From an uncultured Dechloromonas sp. (GTDB taxonomy: Bacteria; Pseudomonadota; Gammaproteobacteria; Burkholderiales; Rhodocyclaceae): 64,000 nt of DNA. Of this stretch, positions 1-12,693 are shown in pieces (the stretch's first letter is position 1; each line of letters starts with the position of its first letter). The position numbers were made by a program, and so were the translations under genes. The stretch spans positions 2,927-66,926 of the forward strand of contig CAZCGW010000010.1 of assembly GCA_964498255.1 (NCBI GenBank), read 5' to 3'. The notes beneath the pieces were generated by a model. That model saw only the letters and a program-made list of their open reading frames with translations, was not told where the DNA came from and did no database searches.

Positions 1-1
1 C

Positions 2-940
2 GGTAGCGCGATTGATTGCGCCGTGTTTACCAATCTCACGAGGGACCATCTGGATTACCACCAGACGATGGAAGCCTATGCTGCGGCCAAGGCGAAACTC
101 TTTGCCTGGGAAGGTTTGCGCGCTGCTGTCATTAACTATGACGACGCCTTTGGGCGGACGCTCTTTGAAAAAACCACCGCAAAACTAGTGGTGGGCTACG
201 GTTTGAGCTCGCGGCCTCAGGCATTGCCGAGCGCTGTGGGTTGGGTCGGTGCGGAATCGGTGCAAACAACGGCACGCGGCATGAGCGCCACGCTGGTGTT
301 TGGTGATGAGCGCTTGGTGTTTACGACAAGGATTATCGGTCGGCACAATCTGTCGAACCTGTTAGCGGTTGCTGCAGTGCTGCTTGCTCAAGGCCTGGCG
401 CCGGCAGAGATTGTTGTCGAGCTCACGAAGTTGCAGCCACCCGCTGGGCGTATGGCCTGCCTGGGTGGAGAGCGTGCGCCGCTAGTGGTCGTGGATTATG
501 CGCATACGCCAGATGCGCTGGCGAATATTCTCGCCGCCTTGCGTGATGTAACGCAGGCGCGCGGTGGCAAGCTGGTCTGTGTGTTTGGTTGTGGTGGCGA
601 TCGTGATCCGGGTAAGCGTCCGGAAATGGGTCGCGTCGCCGCTGCGGCAGCTGATGCGGTGTGCATCACCTCGGATAACCCACGCTGGGAATCGGCAGCG
701 GATATTCTCCAAGCAATTGCAGCGGGTGCCCCAGCGGCACGTGTGATCGAAGATCGTGCGCTGGCGATTCAGCAGGTGATTGCGGAAGCGGCGGCCGAAG
801 ACGTAGTGCTGCTTGCAGGCAAGGGTCACGAAACCGAGCAGGAAATTCGTGGTCAGCGCTATCCGTTTGATGATGCGGTTCATGCCAAGGCAGCTTTGGT
901 GGCCTGGAATGAGCGGCAGCTGGCCGGAGCAGAGGCCTGA
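2..940 (+). CDS. murE: UDP-MurNAc-tripeptide synthetase (5' truncated by window edge)
   Basis: FTNLTRDHLDYH, VDYAHTPDAL, FGCGGDRD, TSDNPR and LAGKGHE motifs; frame is open from the window start; first gene of the dcw cluster. Confidence 0.97.
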   Translation, partial: GSAIDCAVFTNLTRDHLDYHQTMEAYAAAKAKLFAWEGLRAAVINYDDAFGRTLFEKTTAKLVVGYGLSSRPQALPSAVGWVGAESVQTTARGMSATLVFGDERLVFTTRIIGRHNLSNLLAVAAVLLAQGLAPAEIVVELTKLQPPAGRMACLGGERAPLVVVDYAHTPDALANILAALRDVTQARGGKLVCVFGCGGDRDPGKRPEMGRVAAAAADAVCITSDNPRWESAADILQAIAAGAPAARVIEDRALAIQQVIAEAAAEDVVLLAGKGHETEQEIRGQRYPFDDAVHAKAALVAWNERQLAGAEA

Positions 941-941
941 T

Positions 942-2399
942 ATGGCAATGAAGCCGATGCGCTCAGTGCGACTATCTGAAGCCGTGCCATTGTCTCTGGT
1001 GACGGATTGGTTATCTGCGCCACTACCTGCGGCATCTGCAGGCATTATGGTGCAGGGCGTCTCAACGGATACGCGCACCTTGCAGCCGGGAGATCTATTT
1101 ATCGCCCTGCGTGGTGAGCAGTTTGATGCGCATGAGTTTCTGGAAGATGTCCGTGAAGCCGGTGCAGTGGCTGCGGTGGTCGAGTCGGGTCACCCGATAC
1201 TGTCATCACCGGCGCTCGATGGCTGGCCGCTGATTGTTTGTGACGACACGCGTCATGCATTGGGTACGCTGGGACAAGCCTGGCGTCAGCGCTTCACTCT
1301 GCCGGTTGTCGCTGTAACCGGTTCGAACGGCAAAACGACGACCAAGGAATTGGTGACGAATCTGTTTGCAGCTGCCGTGGGTGCGGACGCGGTATTGAGT
1401 ACGCTGGGCAATTTCAATAACGAGATTGGGTTGCCGCTGACACTGTTGCGATTGAGTGCCGAGCATCGTTATGCAGTCATCGAGTTGGGGATGAGTCATC
1501 CTGGTGAAATTGCGGCGTTGGCACAGCTGGCACAACCATCGATTGCCATCGTAACCAACGCGCAACGCGCGCACCTGGCGGGTATGGGTTCGCTGGTGGG
1601 TGTGGCTGAAGAGAAAGGTAGCCTGTTTGATGCCTTGCCCGAAGGTGGTGCAGCGATCGTGAATCTGGACGACCCGCATGCCGATCAGTGGTTGGCGCGT
1701 ATTCAGGCCGGTCGCGAAGTGCTGGGTACACATGTGCAATCAGCCAAGCAGTGTGGTGCTAGTGCACCAGCGTTTGTCGCAGAGATCATGGAAACCAGCC
1801 TCCAGGGTCAGGTTTTGCAGATGAGCACGCCGGCCGCTCAGGTGATTGTGACGCTGCCGTTGAGCGGAGCGCACAACGCCAGCAATACGGCGCAGGCCAT
1901 GGCCGCCGGTTTTGCTGCGGGTCTTGATGTGCAGGCTATGGCGGCATCGCTGGCAAATTTTGGTGGCGTTGCCGGTCGCTTGCAAAGCAAGCAGACAGCC
2001 ACTGGCTCACAGATCATAGATGACACGTACAACGCCAATCCGGATTCGATGCGGGCAGCGATCAATGTATTGGCCTCGAATGCCTGTGGCGTGCAGACAG
2101 TACTGGTCATCGGCGATATGGGTGAGGTGGGTGCTGAAAGCGAAGCGCTGCATGCCGAAGTGGGCGCCTACGCGGCGCAATGTGGCGTGGGCGTGCTCTA
2201 TGCCGTAGGCCCACTCTCGGCAAATGCCGTTAAAGCCTATCAAACAAAAGGTGCCGGTGAAGCCCGGCACTTTGCCACACAGGAAGAGCTGGTGGCAGCA
2301 CTAAAAAACAACCTCGGTGTCGATGCCGTGGTTCTGGTTAAAGGTTCGCGTTCATCACGTATGGAAAACGTGGTGAATGCGCTCGTGGATCAAGCGTAG
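942..2399 (+). CDS. murF: UDP-MurNAc-tripeptide--D-Ala-D-Ala ligase
   Basis: [39 protein letters not shown] and LVKGSRS; start moved to the ATG at 942, just after the murE stop. Confidence 0.96.
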   Translation: MAMKPMRSVRLSEAVPLSLVTDWLSAPLPAASAGIMVQGVSTDTRTLQPGDLFIALRGEQFDAHEFLEDVREAGAVAAVVESGHPILSSPALDGWPLIVCDDTRHALGTLGQAWRQRFTLPVVAVTGSNGKTTTKELVTNLFAAAVGADAVLSTLGNFNNEIGLPLTLLRLSAEHRYAVIELGMSHPGEIAALAQLAQPSIAIVTNAQRAHLAGMGSLVGVAEEKGSLFDALPEGGAAIVNLDDPHADQWLARIQAGREVLGTHVQSAKQCGASAPAFVAEIMETSLQGQVLQMSTPAAQVIVTLPLSGAHNASNTAQAMAAGFAAGLDVQAMAASLANFGGVAGRLQSKQTATGSQIIDDTYNANPDSMRAAINVLASNACGVQTVLVIGDMGEVGAESEALHAEVGAYAAQCGVGVLYAVGPLSANAVKAYQTKGAGEARHFATQEELVAALKNNLGVDAVVLVKGSRSSRMENVVNALVDQA

Positions 2400-2409
2400 G
2401 AAAAACAAG

Positions 2410-3498
2410 ATGCTACTTTGGCTCTCGGAATGGCTGGCTCAGGATGTGCGTGCATTCAATGTCATTAATTATCTGACATTGCGCACGGTGCTGGCCGCAT
2501 TGACGGCGCTGGTCATCAGCTGGATGGCAGGTCCTGCCGTGATTCGCTGGCTAGCAGCCAAGAAAATCGGCCAGGCAGTGCGTACCGATGGTCCGCAGAC
2601 GCATCTGGTGAAGTCGGGTACGCCGACGATGGGTGGTGTGTTGATCCTGATCGCTACCGGTCTTTCGACGCTGCTCTGGGGTGATCTGGAAAACCGTTAC
2701 GTCTGGGTTGTGCTGCTGGTGACGCTGGGTACCGGTGCGGTTGGTTGGTATGACGATTGGCGCAAAGTGGTATATCGCGACCCCAAGGGTTTGGCCAGCC
2801 GCTGGAAATTTTTCTGGCAGTCAGTGATTGGTCTGGCCGCTGCAGCATTTCTGGCCATGTCGGCCAATACCCCGATGCAGTTCCAGCTGATTCTGCCGTT
2901 CTTCAAAGATGTGGCCATTCCGCTAGGTGTCGGTGGCTTTATTGTGTTGACCTATCTGGTGATCGTGGGCACTTCGAATGCCGTGAACCTCACCGATGGT
3001 CTGGATGGCCTCGCCATTATGCCGGCCTGCATGGTGGCTGCAGCGCTGACGGTGTTTGCCTATGTAGCCGGTAACGCGGTCTATGCCAAATATCTGTTTA
3101 TGCCTTATATGCCGGGCGCTGGTGAGATCTGCGTGCTGCTCGGCGCACTGGTCGGTGCCGGTCTGGGCTTCCTCTGGTTCAACGCGTATCCCGCCGAAGT
3201 GTTTATGGGTGATGTGGGTGCGCTGGCGATTGGCGCCGCGCTGGGTACAACGGCTGTGATAGTGCGTCAGGAAATCGTGCTCTTCATCATGGGCGGCGTG
3301 TTCGTTGCTGAAACTGTCTCGGTGATGATGCAGGTGAGCTATTTCAAAGCCACTAAAGGCAAGCGGATCTTCCGCATGGCGCCGCTGCATCACCACTACG
3401 AACTGGGTGGCTGGAAGGAAACCCAGGTGGTCGTGCGTTTCTGGATCATCACCATCGTTTTAGTGCTCCTCGGCCTCTCTACCCTCAAGCTGCGTTAA
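2410..3498 (+). CDS. mraY: Phospho-MurNAc-pentapeptide transferase
   Basis: [27 protein letters not shown] and MAPLHHHYE; multiple transmembrane segments; ATG at 2410. Confidence 0.98.
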   Translation: MLLWLSEWLAQDVRAFNVINYLTLRTVLAALTALVISWMAGPAVIRWLAAKKIGQAVRTDGPQTHLVKSGTPTMGGVLILIATGLSTLLWGDLENRYVWVVLLVTLGTGAVGWYDDWRKVVYRDPKGLASRWKFFWQSVIGLAAAAFLAMSANTPMQFQLILPFFKDVAIPLGVGGFIVLTYLVIVGTSNAVNLTDGLDGLAIMPACMVAAALTVFAYVAGNAVYAKYLFMPYMPGAGEICVLLGALVGAGLGFLWFNAYPAEVFMGDVGALAIGAALGTTAVIVRQEIVLFIMGGVFVAETVSVMMQVSYFKATKGKRIFRMAPLHHHYELGGWKETQVVVRFWIITIVLVLLGLSTLKLR

Positions 3499-3516
3499 TT
3501 CAATAAAGACACCATC

Positions 3517-4977
3517 GTGACCCGTTGCCTCATCTCTTCTCACGCTACCCCGGCAGACCTGCATGGTTGCCGGGTGCTGGCCGTTGGGCTGGGTGAATCC
3601 GGTCTGGCGATGGCGAAGTGGTTGCATCAACAGCAGGCGCAGATTGCATTTGTTGATACCCGTGCAGAACCACCGGGTGTGCAGGCCTTGCTGTCTGCCG
3701 TGCCACGTGCCGAATGGCGTTGCCAGGGTGAAGCGCTTGAAGCGGGCGCCATTGATCGTTGTCTGGCGGGTGTGGATCTGCTGGCGCTATCGCCGGGTGT
3801 TGCGTTTGATCATCCGTTGGTCCTGGCGGCTAAGGCGCAAGGCGTGAAGGTGTGGTCCGAGATCGATTGCTTTGTTGTGGCACGTGCTGCATGTTGCCCG
3901 CAGAGCAAGGTAATTGCCATCACTGGTGCTAATGGCAAAACGACCACAACTGCTTTAACAGCGCATATCCTCAATGCCGCCGGTGTCGATGCCGTGGCAT
4001 GCGGCAACATTTCGCCGTCAGCCCTTGATGCCTTCATGGCGCGTGAGGCAAGCGGGACGTGGCCGCAAGTCTGGGTGCTCGAGCTGTCGAGCTTCCAGCT
4101 CGAAGCCACCAGTCATCTGCATAGCGATGCCGCGATCATTCTTAATCTGAGCGAAGACCATCTGGATCGCCACTACACCATGGCGGGTTACGCGGTCGCC
4201 AAGGCGCGGGTGTTTGAAGATTGTGCGCACCCACTCTGGAATCGTGCCGATATCTGGGCTGAGGCCTATGGGCTTGATTTGAATGCGACGCCCAGCATCG
4301 GTGATGATATGCCCATTGGTGCAGCTGATTTTGGTCTGGCCAATGGGCAGCTCATGTTGGGTCAGTCGGCGATCATCGCGCAGGATCAGTTGCCATTGCT
4401 GGGTCGTCATAACGCACTCAATGTTCAAGCAGCGTTGGCTTTGGCGATGCGTGCCTTGCCCGCGGATAAGACGCTGAATGATCTGTTGCCGGGTGTTCGT
4501 TCATTCAAGAGCTTGCCGCATCGGGTGTCGCTGGTTGAGACCCTCGATGGCGTTCGCTATGTTGATGACTCTAAAGCCACCAACGTTGGAGCCACCCTAG
4601 CAGCCATCGATGGTTTGTTTGATTCGGCCAGCGGCAAATTGCTCATTATTTTAGGTGGCGAGGGTAAGGGCCAGGATTTTGCACCGCTGGCTGAGCCGGT
4701 TGCACGCGCAAGCCGTGCTGTGGCATTGATCGGTAAAGATGCTGAAGAGATCGGCCGCGTTCTAACGAGCGCGATTCCGGTGCAGCGCTTTAACGATCTG
4801 TCATCGGCAACCCGCTGGTTGGCTGATCAGGCACAACCGGGCGATACGGTGCTGCTGTCACCGGCCTGCGCCAGCCTCGATATGTTCCGTAACTACGCAG
4901 AACGGGCTCAAGTGTTTATTGACACGGTGAAGACGCTGACCTCGTGCGCGCCAGTTAAAGACGGGAGGGCGGCATGA
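3517..4977 (+). CDS. murD: UDP-MurNAc-L-Ala--D-Glu ligase
   Basis: [37 protein letters not shown] and LLSPACAS. Confidence 0.96.
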   Translation: MTRCLISSHATPADLHGCRVLAVGLGESGLAMAKWLHQQQAQIAFVDTRAEPPGVQALLSAVPRAEWRCQGEALEAGAIDRCLAGVDLLALSPGVAFDHPLVLAAKAQGVKVWSEIDCFVVARAACCPQSKVIAITGANGKTTTTALTAHILNAAGVDAVACGNISPSALDAFMAREASGTWPQVWVLELSSFQLEATSHLHSDAAIILNLSEDHLDRHYTMAGYAVAKARVFEDCAHPLWNRADIWAEAYGLDLNATPSIGDDMPIGAADFGLANGQLMLGQSAIIAQDQLPLLGRHNALNVQAALALAMRALPADKTLNDLLPGVRSFKSLPHRVSLVETLDGVRYVDDSKATNVGATLAAIDGLFDSASGKLLIILGGEGKGQDFAPLAEPVARASRAVALIGKDAEEIGRVLTSAIPVQRFNDLSSATRWLADQAQPGDTVLLSPACASLDMFRNYAERAQVFIDTVKTLTSCAPVKDGRAA

Positions 4978-6140
4978 ACCGTCTGATGCGCATTATCAAT
5001 TCGCCAGAAGATCAGTCGGAAGTTGACCCATTGTTGGTCTGGAGTGCCCTGGCGCTGCTCTTGATCGGCATGGTGATGGTGTATTCGGCATCGATTGCAT
5101 TTGCCGAAGGTAGTCGTATCTTTGGCCGCAACCCGAATTACTTCTTGATCCGTCATGCGATCTTTTTGTTGATCGGCCTCACGGCGGCGGGGGCTGCGTT
5201 TCAGATCCCGATTCAGACCTGGCAGCGTTGGTCGCCCTGGTTGTTTGTGGGCGGTATCGTTTTATTGGCACTGGTACTGGTTCCGGGGCTGGGGCGCGAC
5301 GTGAATGGTGCGCGACGCTGGTTGCCCTTGTTCGTGGTCAACCTGCAGCCTTCAGAGCTCATGAAGCTCTTTGTGGTGCTCTATGCCGCTGACATTACCG
5401 TGCGCAAGATGAATGTGATGCACAGTCTAAAGAAGGCATTCCTGCCGATGTTCGTCGCCATGGTGCTGGTGGGTTCTCTGTTGCTCAAAGAACCGGATTT
5501 CGGTGCCTTTGTGGTGATCATCTCCATCGCCTTTGGCATCCTGTTCCTCGGTGGCATGAAGACCCGTTTGTTTGCCATCCTGATTCTGTTGCTGCTGATG
5601 GCCTTTGCTGTGTTGATCATCGTGTCGCCCTATCGTCGTGACCGGATCTTCGGCTTCATGGACCCGTGGGCAGATGCACTGGGTCGCGGTTACCAGCTTT
5701 CCCACTCGCTCATTGCCTTTGGCCGCGGTGAGTTCTTTGGTGTGGGTTTGGGCGCCAGCGTCGAAAAACTCTTCTATCTGCCGGAAGCGCATACCGACTT
5801 CCTGTTGGCGGTGATTGCCGAAGAGCTCGGCTTTGTCGGCGTCATTGTGGTGATTGGCCTATTCGGTTTGCTGATTCAGCGCATCATCATGGTGAGCAAA
5901 CAGTGCATCAAGCTGGATCGTTGTTTCGCCGCACTGGTGGCTCAAGGGATTGCGATCTGGATTGGTGTGCAGAGCTTCATCAATATGGGCGTGAACATGG
6001 GTCTGCTGCCTACTAAAGGACTGACCCTGCCGATGATGAGCTTCGGAGGTTCGGGCATTCTGGTCAATTGCATCGCGATTGCCATCATTTTGCGGATTGA
6101 TTGGGAAAACCGTCAGATGATGCGGGGGCGCCGGACATGA
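4974..6140 (+). CDS. ftsW: SEDS peptidoglycan polymerase FtsW
   Basis: [29 protein letters not shown] and [13 protein letters not shown]. Confidence 0.97.
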   Translation: MNRLMRIINSPEDQSEVDPLLVWSALALLLIGMVMVYSASIAFAEGSRIFGRNPNYFLIRHAIFLLIGLTAAGAAFQIPIQTWQRWSPWLFVGGIVLLALVLVPGLGRDVNGARRWLPLFVVNLQPSELMKLFVVLYAADITVRKMNVMHSLKKAFLPMFVAMVLVGSLLLKEPDFGAFVVIISIAFGILFLGGMKTRLFAILILLLLMAFAVLIIVSPYRRDRIFGFMDPWADALGRGYQLSHSLIAFGRGEFFGVGLGASVEKLFYLPEAHTDFLLAVIAEELGFVGVIVVIGLFGLLIQRIIMVSKQCIKLDRCFAALVAQGIAIWIGVQSFINMGVNMGLLPTKGLTLPMMSFGGSGILVNCIAIAIILRIDWENRQMMRGRRT

Positions 6141-7201
6141 GTAAGACGCTACTCGTGATGGCTGGTGGTACCGGTGGGCATATTTTCCCGGCGCTCGCCG
6201 TAGCCGATGTGCTGCGTCAGCGCGGCTGGCGTGTAGTCTGGCTGGGTAATCCGAATGGGATGGAAGCCAAGCTGGTGCCGGCTCAGGGTTATGAATGTGC
6301 CTGGGTTGAGTTTGGTGCTGTGCGCGGCAAGGGCATTATGCGCAAGCTGATGCTGCCCATCACGTTGCTGCGCGCCTGCCTGGCTGCGCGTCGCGTGATC
6401 AAAGAAGTTTGTCCGAATGTGGTGCTGGGTATGGGCGGCTACATTACCTTTCCGGGTGGTGTGATGGCGCGTCTAGCCGGTGTGCCACTGGTCGTGCATG
6501 AGCAGAATGCGGTGGCTGGCCTGGCAAATAAGGTGCTGAGCCATATTGCCACGCGTGTGCTAACAGGATTTCCGGATACGTTGCCGGATGGTCAGTGGGT
6601 CGGCAACCCGGTGCGCGCAGATATTGCGCAGCTGCCAGTGCCTGAAGTGCGTTTTGCCGCGCGGCCGGCTAACGAGCCACTGCATGTGCTGGTGGTCGGT
6701 GGCAGCCTAGGAGCTCAGGCGCTCAATCAGAATCTGCCGCTGGCCGTTGCGCAACTGGTTCCCGGTGAACGTCCGATGATTCGTCATCAAACGGGCCCGA
6801 AAGATCTGGTTGGCGTACAAGCCGCCTACGCCGCCATAGATGCCAATGCCGATGTGCACGCCTTCATCAATGACATGGCTGCAGCCTTTGCCTGGGCAGA
6901 CCTGGTGGTTTGTCGTTCGGGTGCGTTGACCGTGGCCGAACTGGCAGCGGCCGGGGTGGCCAGTGTGCTGGTGCCATTTCCGCATGCTGTCGATGACCAC
7001 CAGCGCGTGAATGCAGAGTTTCTGGTGCGAGGCAACGCTGGACACTGTGTGATTCAGCATGAACTGACGGTCGAAAATCTGGCGCAACTGTTGTGTCAGT
7101 CGCGCGATCAATTGCTGCAACAGGCTGTTGCAGCGCGTGCTCTGGCCCGGCCGGAAGCGGCGCAAACCGTAGCAAACATTTGTGAGGAGCTTGCCGCATG
7201 A
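6137..7201 (+). CDS. murG: Lipid II GlcNAc transferase
   Basis: [25 protein letters not shown] and RSGALTVAE; ATGA overlap with ftsW. Confidence 0.97.
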   Translation: MSKTLLVMAGGTGGHIFPALAVADVLRQRGWRVVWLGNPNGMEAKLVPAQGYECAWVEFGAVRGKGIMRKLMLPITLLRACLAARRVIKEVCPNVVLGMGGYITFPGGVMARLAGVPLVVHEQNAVAGLANKVLSHIATRVLTGFPDTLPDGQWVGNPVRADIAQLPVPEVRFAARPANEPLHVLVVGGSLGAQALNQNLPLAVAQLVPGERPMIRHQTGPKDLVGVQAAYAAIDANADVHAFINDMAAAFAWADLVVCRSGALTVAELAAAGVASVLVPFPHAVDDHQRVNAEFLVRGNAGHCVIQHELTVENLAQLLCQSRDQLLQQAVAARALARPEAAQTVANICEELAA

Positions 7202-8607
7202 AACACAAGATCCACCATCTGCATTTCATCGGCATTGGCGGCTCGGGTATGAGTGGTATCGCCGAAGTGCTCCTCAATCTTGGCTACACCGTGAGCGGTT
7301 CGGATTTGCAGGCTGGCGCTGTGACGCAACGTCTGGGGGCGCTGGGTGCAAAAATTCTGCTCGGTCATCAGGCCGCCAATATTGTAGGTGCCGATGCGAT
7401 CGTGGTTTCAACGGCCGTGCAGGCGGATAACCCCGAAGTGATCGCCGCACGCGAAGCGGGTATCCCGATTGTGCCGCGGGCACAAATGCTGGCCGAGCTG
7501 ATGCGGCTCAAGCAAGGCATTGCTGTGGCGGGCACACATGGAAAGACAACGACCACCAGCCTGATTGCATCGATTCTGGGCGAGGGCGGGTTTGACCCAA
7601 CTTTCGTGATCGGTGGTCGCTTGAACGCGGCTGGCGCAAATGCACGGTTAGGTAAAGGCGACTTCCTGGTGGCCGAGGCCGACGAATCAGATGCGTCTTT
7701 CCTGCGGCTGTCGCCAGTGATTTCAGTGGTGACCAATATCGACGCCGACCATATGGAAACTTATGGGCATGACTTCGGTAAGCTGAAGCAGGTCTTCGTG
7801 GATTTCCTCGAGCGTTTGCCCTTCTATGGCGTTGCCGTTTTGTGCACGGATGATCCGAACGTGAATGAAATCATTCCACAGGTCACCAAGCAGATTGTGC
7901 GTTATGGGTTGAATGAACAGGCCAATATTCGTGCCGAAGATGTGCGCGCCGACAATGGCCGCATGCACTTCACAGCCGTGCGCAGAAATGGTTCGATATC
8001 GCGTCTGCCGATTACCTTGAATCTGCCGGGTGTGCATTATGTACAGAACGCCCTCGCTGCAATTGCCGTGGCCACTGAGGTTGGCGCCTCCGATGAATCA
8101 ATCATCAAGGCGCTCGGCGAGTTCCGTGGGGTGGGTCGTCGCTTCCAGCGGTATGGCGAACTGCCTTTGCCAAAGGGCGGCGCGGTCACCGTGATTGATG
8201 ACTATGGTCATCACCCCGTAGAGATGGTGGCCACATTGGCTGCTGCGCGTGGCGCCTTCCCGGATCGTCGTCTGGTGCTGGCCTTCCAGCCGCATCGCTA
8301 TTCGCGCACGCGCGATTGCTTTGAAGATTTTGTGCAGGTACTTGGCACGGTGGATGTGCTGTTGCTCACCGAAGTTTATGCCGCTGGCGAGGCGCCAGTA
8401 GTGGCTGCCGATGGCCGTGCGCTAACCCGGGCGATTCGTGTCACGGGCAAGATCGAGCCGCAATTTGTCGAGTCGGTGAATGATCTTCCGGAAGCCTTGC
8501 TGGATACCCTGCAGGACGGGGATGTCTTGCTGACCATGGGTGCCGGTTCGATTGGCGGAACAGCCAGCAAGCTTTTTGAAACTGTGGGTGCGGTTCCAGA
8601 ACAATGA
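7198..8607 (+). CDS. murC: UDP-MurNAc--L-Ala ligase
   Basis: [31 protein letters not shown] and DDYGHHP. Confidence 0.98.
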   Translation: MKHKIHHLHFIGIGGSGMSGIAEVLLNLGYTVSGSDLQAGAVTQRLGALGAKILLGHQAANIVGADAIVVSTAVQADNPEVIAAREAGIPIVPRAQMLAELMRLKQGIAVAGTHGKTTTTSLIASILGEGGFDPTFVIGGRLNAAGANARLGKGDFLVAEADESDASFLRLSPVISVVTNIDADHMETYGHDFGKLKQVFVDFLERLPFYGVAVLCTDDPNVNEIIPQVTKQIVRYGLNEQANIRAEDVRADNGRMHFTAVRRNGSISRLPITLNLPGVHYVQNALAAIAVATEVGASDESIIKALGEFRGVGRRFQRYGELPLPKGGAVTVIDDYGHHPVEMVATLAAARGAFPDRRLVLAFQPHRYSRTRDCFEDFVQVLGTVDVLLLTEVYAAGEAPVVAADGRALTRAIRVTGKIEPQFVESVNDLPEALLDTLQDGDVLLTMGAGSIGGTASKLFETVGAVPEQ

Positions 8608-9575
8608 TGATGACCGAACCACGCCACTTCAACCCATCGCTGCCTGCATTGCGCGGTCAGTGGGCTGAACACGTCTCCATGGCCAAACATGTGTCATGGC
8701 GGGCGGGTGGTGTGGCGCGACGCACTTATGTACCGGCAGATCTGGAAGATCTGGCAGTGATGCTGGCAAACTTGCCTGCCGATGAGCCAGTGCTGTTTGT
8801 CGGCCTCGGTAGCAACCTGCTGGTGCGCGATGGGGGTTACAACGGCACGGTGGTGTTCTTGCATGCCGCGCTCAACACCTTGCGTGTTGAACAGGATCAA
8901 GCCAATACGACTTCGCCACTGATTTATGCCGAGGCCGGTGTGGCCAGTCCGAAGGTGGCGCGTTTTGCCGCCAACCTCGGTTGTGATGCGGCATTTCTGG
9001 CGGGCATCCCGGGCACCATCGGTGGTGCCTTGGCCATGAATGCCGGTTGTTATGGTGCGGAGACCTGGTCCTTTGTTGAGCGGGTTTGCACGATTGATCG
9101 TGCGGGCATACGACATGTGCGCCAACCACAAGCCTATGACATCGGTTACCGCCATGTAGCCGCAGTGAATCAGGAATCGGCTGAAGAGGTATTTGCCGGT
9201 GCCTGGTTCCGTTTCCCGCAAATGCCATCATCGGCAGCGCGTGACTGCATCAAGACCTTGCTTGAAAAACGCGTGGCCAGCCAGCCATTACGTTGGCCGA
9301 ATGCCGGTTCGGTGTTCCGTAATCCACCGGGTGACTTTGCGGCACGTCTGATCGAAGCAACTGGCCTTAAAGGCTTTGCGATTGGTGGCGTAGAAGTCAG
9401 TCAGCAGCACGCCAACTTTATAGTCAATGCAACGGGTGGTGCGACAGCGGGCGATATCGAAACACTCATTACGACGGTGCAGACGCGCGTGGCGGCGGCA
9501 ACCGGCGTGCAACTGATTCGTGAAGTGCGCATCGTGGGTGACGCACAATCTTCCTCTCTTTCTTCCGAGGCCTAA
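8604..9575 (+). CDS. murB: UDP-N-acetylenolpyruvoylglucosamine reductase
   Basis: [34 protein letters not shown] and HANF. Confidence 0.96.
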   Translation: MMMTEPRHFNPSLPALRGQWAEHVSMAKHVSWRAGGVARRTYVPADLEDLAVMLANLPADEPVLFVGLGSNLLVRDGGYNGTVVFLHAALNTLRVEQDQANTTSPLIYAEAGVASPKVARFAANLGCDAAFLAGIPGTIGGALAMNAGCYGAETWSFVERVCTIDRAGIRHVRQPQAYDIGYRHVAAVNQESAEEVFAGAWFRFPQMPSSAARDCIKTLLEKRVASQPLRWPNAGSVFRNPPGDFAARLIEATGLKGFAIGGVEVSQQHANFIVNATGGATAGDIETLITTVQTRVAAATGVQLIREVRIVGDAQSSSLSSEA

Positions 9576-9579
9576 GTCT

Positions 9580-10539
9580 ATGTCTGGCACGATCGATCCT
9601 AAATCTCTCGGTAAGGTTGCCGTGCTGTTCGGCGGTTCGTCCGCCGAGCGCGAGGTGTCGCTCAATAGCGGTAGTCGTGTGCTGGCCGCATTGCAGCGCC
9701 AGGGTGTTGATGCCCATGCTTTTGATCCGGCAGAAACACCGCTGACAGCCATTGAGCACGCCGGATTTGATCGTGCATTTATTGCCCTGCATGGCGGGAT
9801 TGGTGAAAACGGTACTTTGCAGGGTTTTCTGGAAATGATTGGTCTGCCTTATACCGGTAGTGGGGTTCTGGCCTCTGCACTGGCGATGGACAAATGGCGT
9901 TCGAAGCTGGTCTGGCAGGCCGCCGGTTTGCCGACGCCGGGTTACCGTTTGATTGATGCCGACTCGGATGCGCAGGCAGTCATTGATGCGCTGGGTTTGC
10001 CGCTGTTTGTGAAGCCCGTTCATGAAGGCTCGAGCGTGGGCGTGACCAAAGTAAAAACCCTCGCCGATCTGATGCCAGCCTGGGAAGACGCTAGCCGCCA
10101 TGATTCGGCTGTGATCGCCGAAACGGCATTGCTCGGCGGTGAATTCACCGTGGCTGTCTGGCAAACGCCAAATGGATTGCAGGCATTGCCGCCAGTGCGC
10201 ATTGTGCCTGCCACGGAGTTCTACGATTACGAAGCCAAGTACAACCGCGATGACACGCAATACAACGTGCCTTGTGGTTTGCCTGAAGCACAAGTGGCGC
10301 ACATGCAGGACCTGGCGGTTGAGGCTTTCGAGGCATTAGGTTGTCGTGGTTGGGGGCGTATCGATTTTCTGCTGGATAGTGCTGGCGCGCCGTATGTGCT
10401 GGAAGCGAACACCGCCCCGGGTATGACGGATCACTCACTGGTGCCTATGGCAGCACGTGCGGATGGCGTGGATTACGACCATCTGGTGCTGACGGTTGCC
10501 GCCATGGCCAGCCTCGATGCTGGCTCTACGGGCGCGTAA
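9580..10539 (+). CDS. ddl: D-Ala--D-Ala ligase
   Basis: [27 protein letters not shown] and EANTAPGMT; ATG at 9580. Confidence 0.97.
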   Translation: MSGTIDPKSLGKVAVLFGGSSAEREVSLNSGSRVLAALQRQGVDAHAFDPAETPLTAIEHAGFDRAFIALHGGIGENGTLQGFLEMIGLPYTGSGVLASALAMDKWRSKLVWQAAGLPTPGYRLIDADSDAQAVIDALGLPLFVKPVHEGSSVGVTKVKTLADLMPAWEDASRHDSAVIAETALLGGEFTVAVWQTPNGLQALPPVRIVPATEFYDYEAKYNRDDTQYNVPCGLPEAQVAHMQDLAVEAFEALGCRGWGRIDFLLDSAGAPYVLEANTAPGMTDHSLVPMAARADGVDYDHLVLTVAAMASLDAGSTGA

Positions 10540-10551
10540 GGACACACGATC

Positions 10552-11343
10552 ATGATCTGGAACCGTCCTGACTTGATGAACCGGCTGGCCAGCCTCTTTT
10601 GGGGCCTGGGGCTGCTGCTCATTCTTGTATCGGGTGTGCTCATGGTCATTCGCATGCCATTCTTTCCGGTGCGTGATGTGGTACTGACTAAGCCGCTGGA
10701 GCGCGTGCAGCTGGAAGATATTCGTGCCGGCATAGCCCCCTTTATCGGTGGCAACTTCTTTACGGTGGATCTGAAAGCGATTCGTCAGGGTGCCGAGCAA
10801 CAGCCATGGGTGTATCGCGCCGATGTGCGTCGTCAGGGCTTTGGTAGTCTGGCACTCAGTATTGATGAACAGGTGCCCACCGCCCGTTGGGGCAATGAAG
10901 GTACGCGCACCACATCGGAGTGGTTGAACCGCGATGGTGAAGTCTTTGAAGTGCCTGACAGTTCATTGGGTAGCGCTGGTCAGGGTTTGCCTGTGCTGCA
11001 TGGCCCGCTCGATACGGGTAATGAGTTGATGGCGCGTTACGTGCGCTACAGCAAGCTGCTTGAGCCAACGGGCCGCACGATTCGCCAGCTGGATCTGAGC
11101 CCGCGCCTGTCATGGAGTATGCGTCTTGATAATGGCACCCGCGTTGAGATGGGGCGTGAGCGCACCCTCAATAGTGCCGATGAGCAAGTGAATCTGTTTG
11201 TTTCGTTGTATCCCCAATTGGTGAGCAATCGCCCGGTAGCCCCGGCGGTGGTTGATCTCCGTTATCCAGCCGGTGTGGCAGTGCGGTACCCAACCGCACC
11301 GGCAGCCGCTTCTATCCCTTCTGACCGTAAAGGCAAGTCATGA
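10552..11343 (+). CDS. ftsQ: Cell division protein FtsQ
   Basis: N-terminal TM segment, POTRA-like region (PWV...VRR), C-terminal VDLRY; lies between ddl and ftsA. Confidence 0.92.
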   Translation: MIWNRPDLMNRLASLFWGLGLLLILVSGVLMVIRMPFFPVRDVVLTKPLERVQLEDIRAGIAPFIGGNFFTVDLKAIRQGAEQQPWVYRADVRRQGFGSLALSIDEQVPTARWGNEGTRTTSEWLNRDGEVFEVPDSSLGSAGQGLPVLHGPLDTGNELMARYVRYSKLLEPTGRTIRQLDLSPRLSWSMRLDNGTRVEMGRERTLNSADEQVNLFVSLYPQLVSNRPVAPAVVDLRYPAGVAVRYPTAPAAASIPSDRKGKS

Positions 11344-12572
11344 GCAGAGAGACTAAAGAACTGATTGTCGGCCTCGACATTGGTACATCCAAGATTGTGG
11401 CAGTCGTTGCCGAAGTGGCAGCCGATGGCCGCCTGAATGTGCTGGGGGTTGGCGCACAAGAAGCGCGCGGCTTATCACGTGGTGTCGTCGTTAATATCGA
11501 AGACACCGTGCAGGCGATCTCCAAAGTGATCCAGGAAGTCGAGCTGATGGCGGACTGCAAGGTCAAGGATGTATACACCGGTATCGCCGGTAGCCACATC
11601 CGTAGTTTCAACTCCAATGGCATGGTCGCCATCAAGGATAAAGAAGTTAGCCCGGGCGATATTGATCGCGTGATCGAAACCGCACGCGCAATGCCGATTC
11701 CTGCCGAGCAGGAAATTCTGCACATCCTCACGCAGGAATTCGTGATCGATGGTCAGGATGGAATCCGCGAACCAATCGGCATGAGCGGCATGCGTCTGGA
11801 AGTCAAAGTGCACATCGTCACCGGTGCGATCTCTGCGGCCCAGAACATTGTGAAGTGCGTTCGCCGTTGCGGTCTTGATGTTAACGACCTGGTGCTGCAG
11901 CCGCTGGCATCGAGCTATGCCGTGCTGTCTGAAGATGAAAAAGACCTGGGCGTTTGCCTGATTGATATTGGCGGCGGCACGACAGACATTGCCGTCTGGG
12001 CACAGGGTGCGATTCGTCACACGGCCGTGATCCCCATCGCCGGTAATCAGGTGACCAACGATATCGCTATGGCCCTGCGTACCCCAACGCGCGACGCAGA
12101 AGACATTAAACGCCGTTCGGGTTGCGCGCTGGCAGATCTAGCCAATCCGGAAGAAGTGATTGAAGTCGCTGGTGTAGATGATCGTCCGAGCCGCAAGCTC
12201 TCGCGTCGTGCACTGGCCGATGTGATTCAGCCGCGCGTGGAAGAGTTGTTCGAGATTGTGCAGGCCGAGCTGCGCCGTTCCGGTTACGAGAACGTGTTGT
12301 CATCCGGCATCGTGCTCACGGGTGGCTCCGCTGCGATGCCCGGAATGATTGAGCTGGGTGAAGAGATTTTCCACATGCCCGTGCGCCTGGGTGAGCCCAA
12401 GTACAGCGGTCCGCTGGTCGACGTAATCAAGTCGCCACGCTATGCCACGGCATTCGGTCTGATCCTCGAAGCCTACAACCAGCGTAAACGTGGTCAACAG
12501 GTGCGCGAGAAGCAGGGCGGCGTGAAAGACGTATTCGGATCCATGCGTGCATGGTTCGAGAAGAATTTTTAA
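11340..12572 (+). CDS. ftsA: Cell division protein FtsA
   Basis: GLDIGTSK, DIGGGTTDIA and GIVLTGG actin-fold motifs; C-terminal amphipathic WFEKNF. Confidence 0.98.
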   Translation: MSRETKELIVGLDIGTSKIVAVVAEVAADGRLNVLGVGAQEARGLSRGVVVNIEDTVQAISKVIQEVELMADCKVKDVYTGIAGSHIRSFNSNGMVAIKDKEVSPGDIDRVIETARAMPIPAEQEILHILTQEFVIDGQDGIREPIGMSGMRLEVKVHIVTGAISAAQNIVKCVRRCGLDVNDLVLQPLASSYAVLSEDEKDLGVCLIDIGGGTTDIAVWAQGAIRHTAVIPIAGNQVTNDIAMALRTPTRDAEDIKRRSGCALADLANPEEVIEVAGVDDRPSRKLSRRALADVIQPRVEELFEIVQAELRRSGYENVLSSGIVLTGGSAAMPGMIELGEEIFHMPVRLGEPKYSGPLVDVIKSPRYATAFGLILEAYNQRKRGQQVREKQGGVKDVFGSMRAWFEKNF

Positions 12573-12693
12573 TTCAGGAATTTCCGGTTGCGTATGCGCA
12601 GTACGCAACTGTGAAGTGGCAGTGAAAGCAGCAAAGGCAATACCCGTAGCAATTACCCAATAGTTTGATTTTAAGTTTTTAACGGAGGCAGTT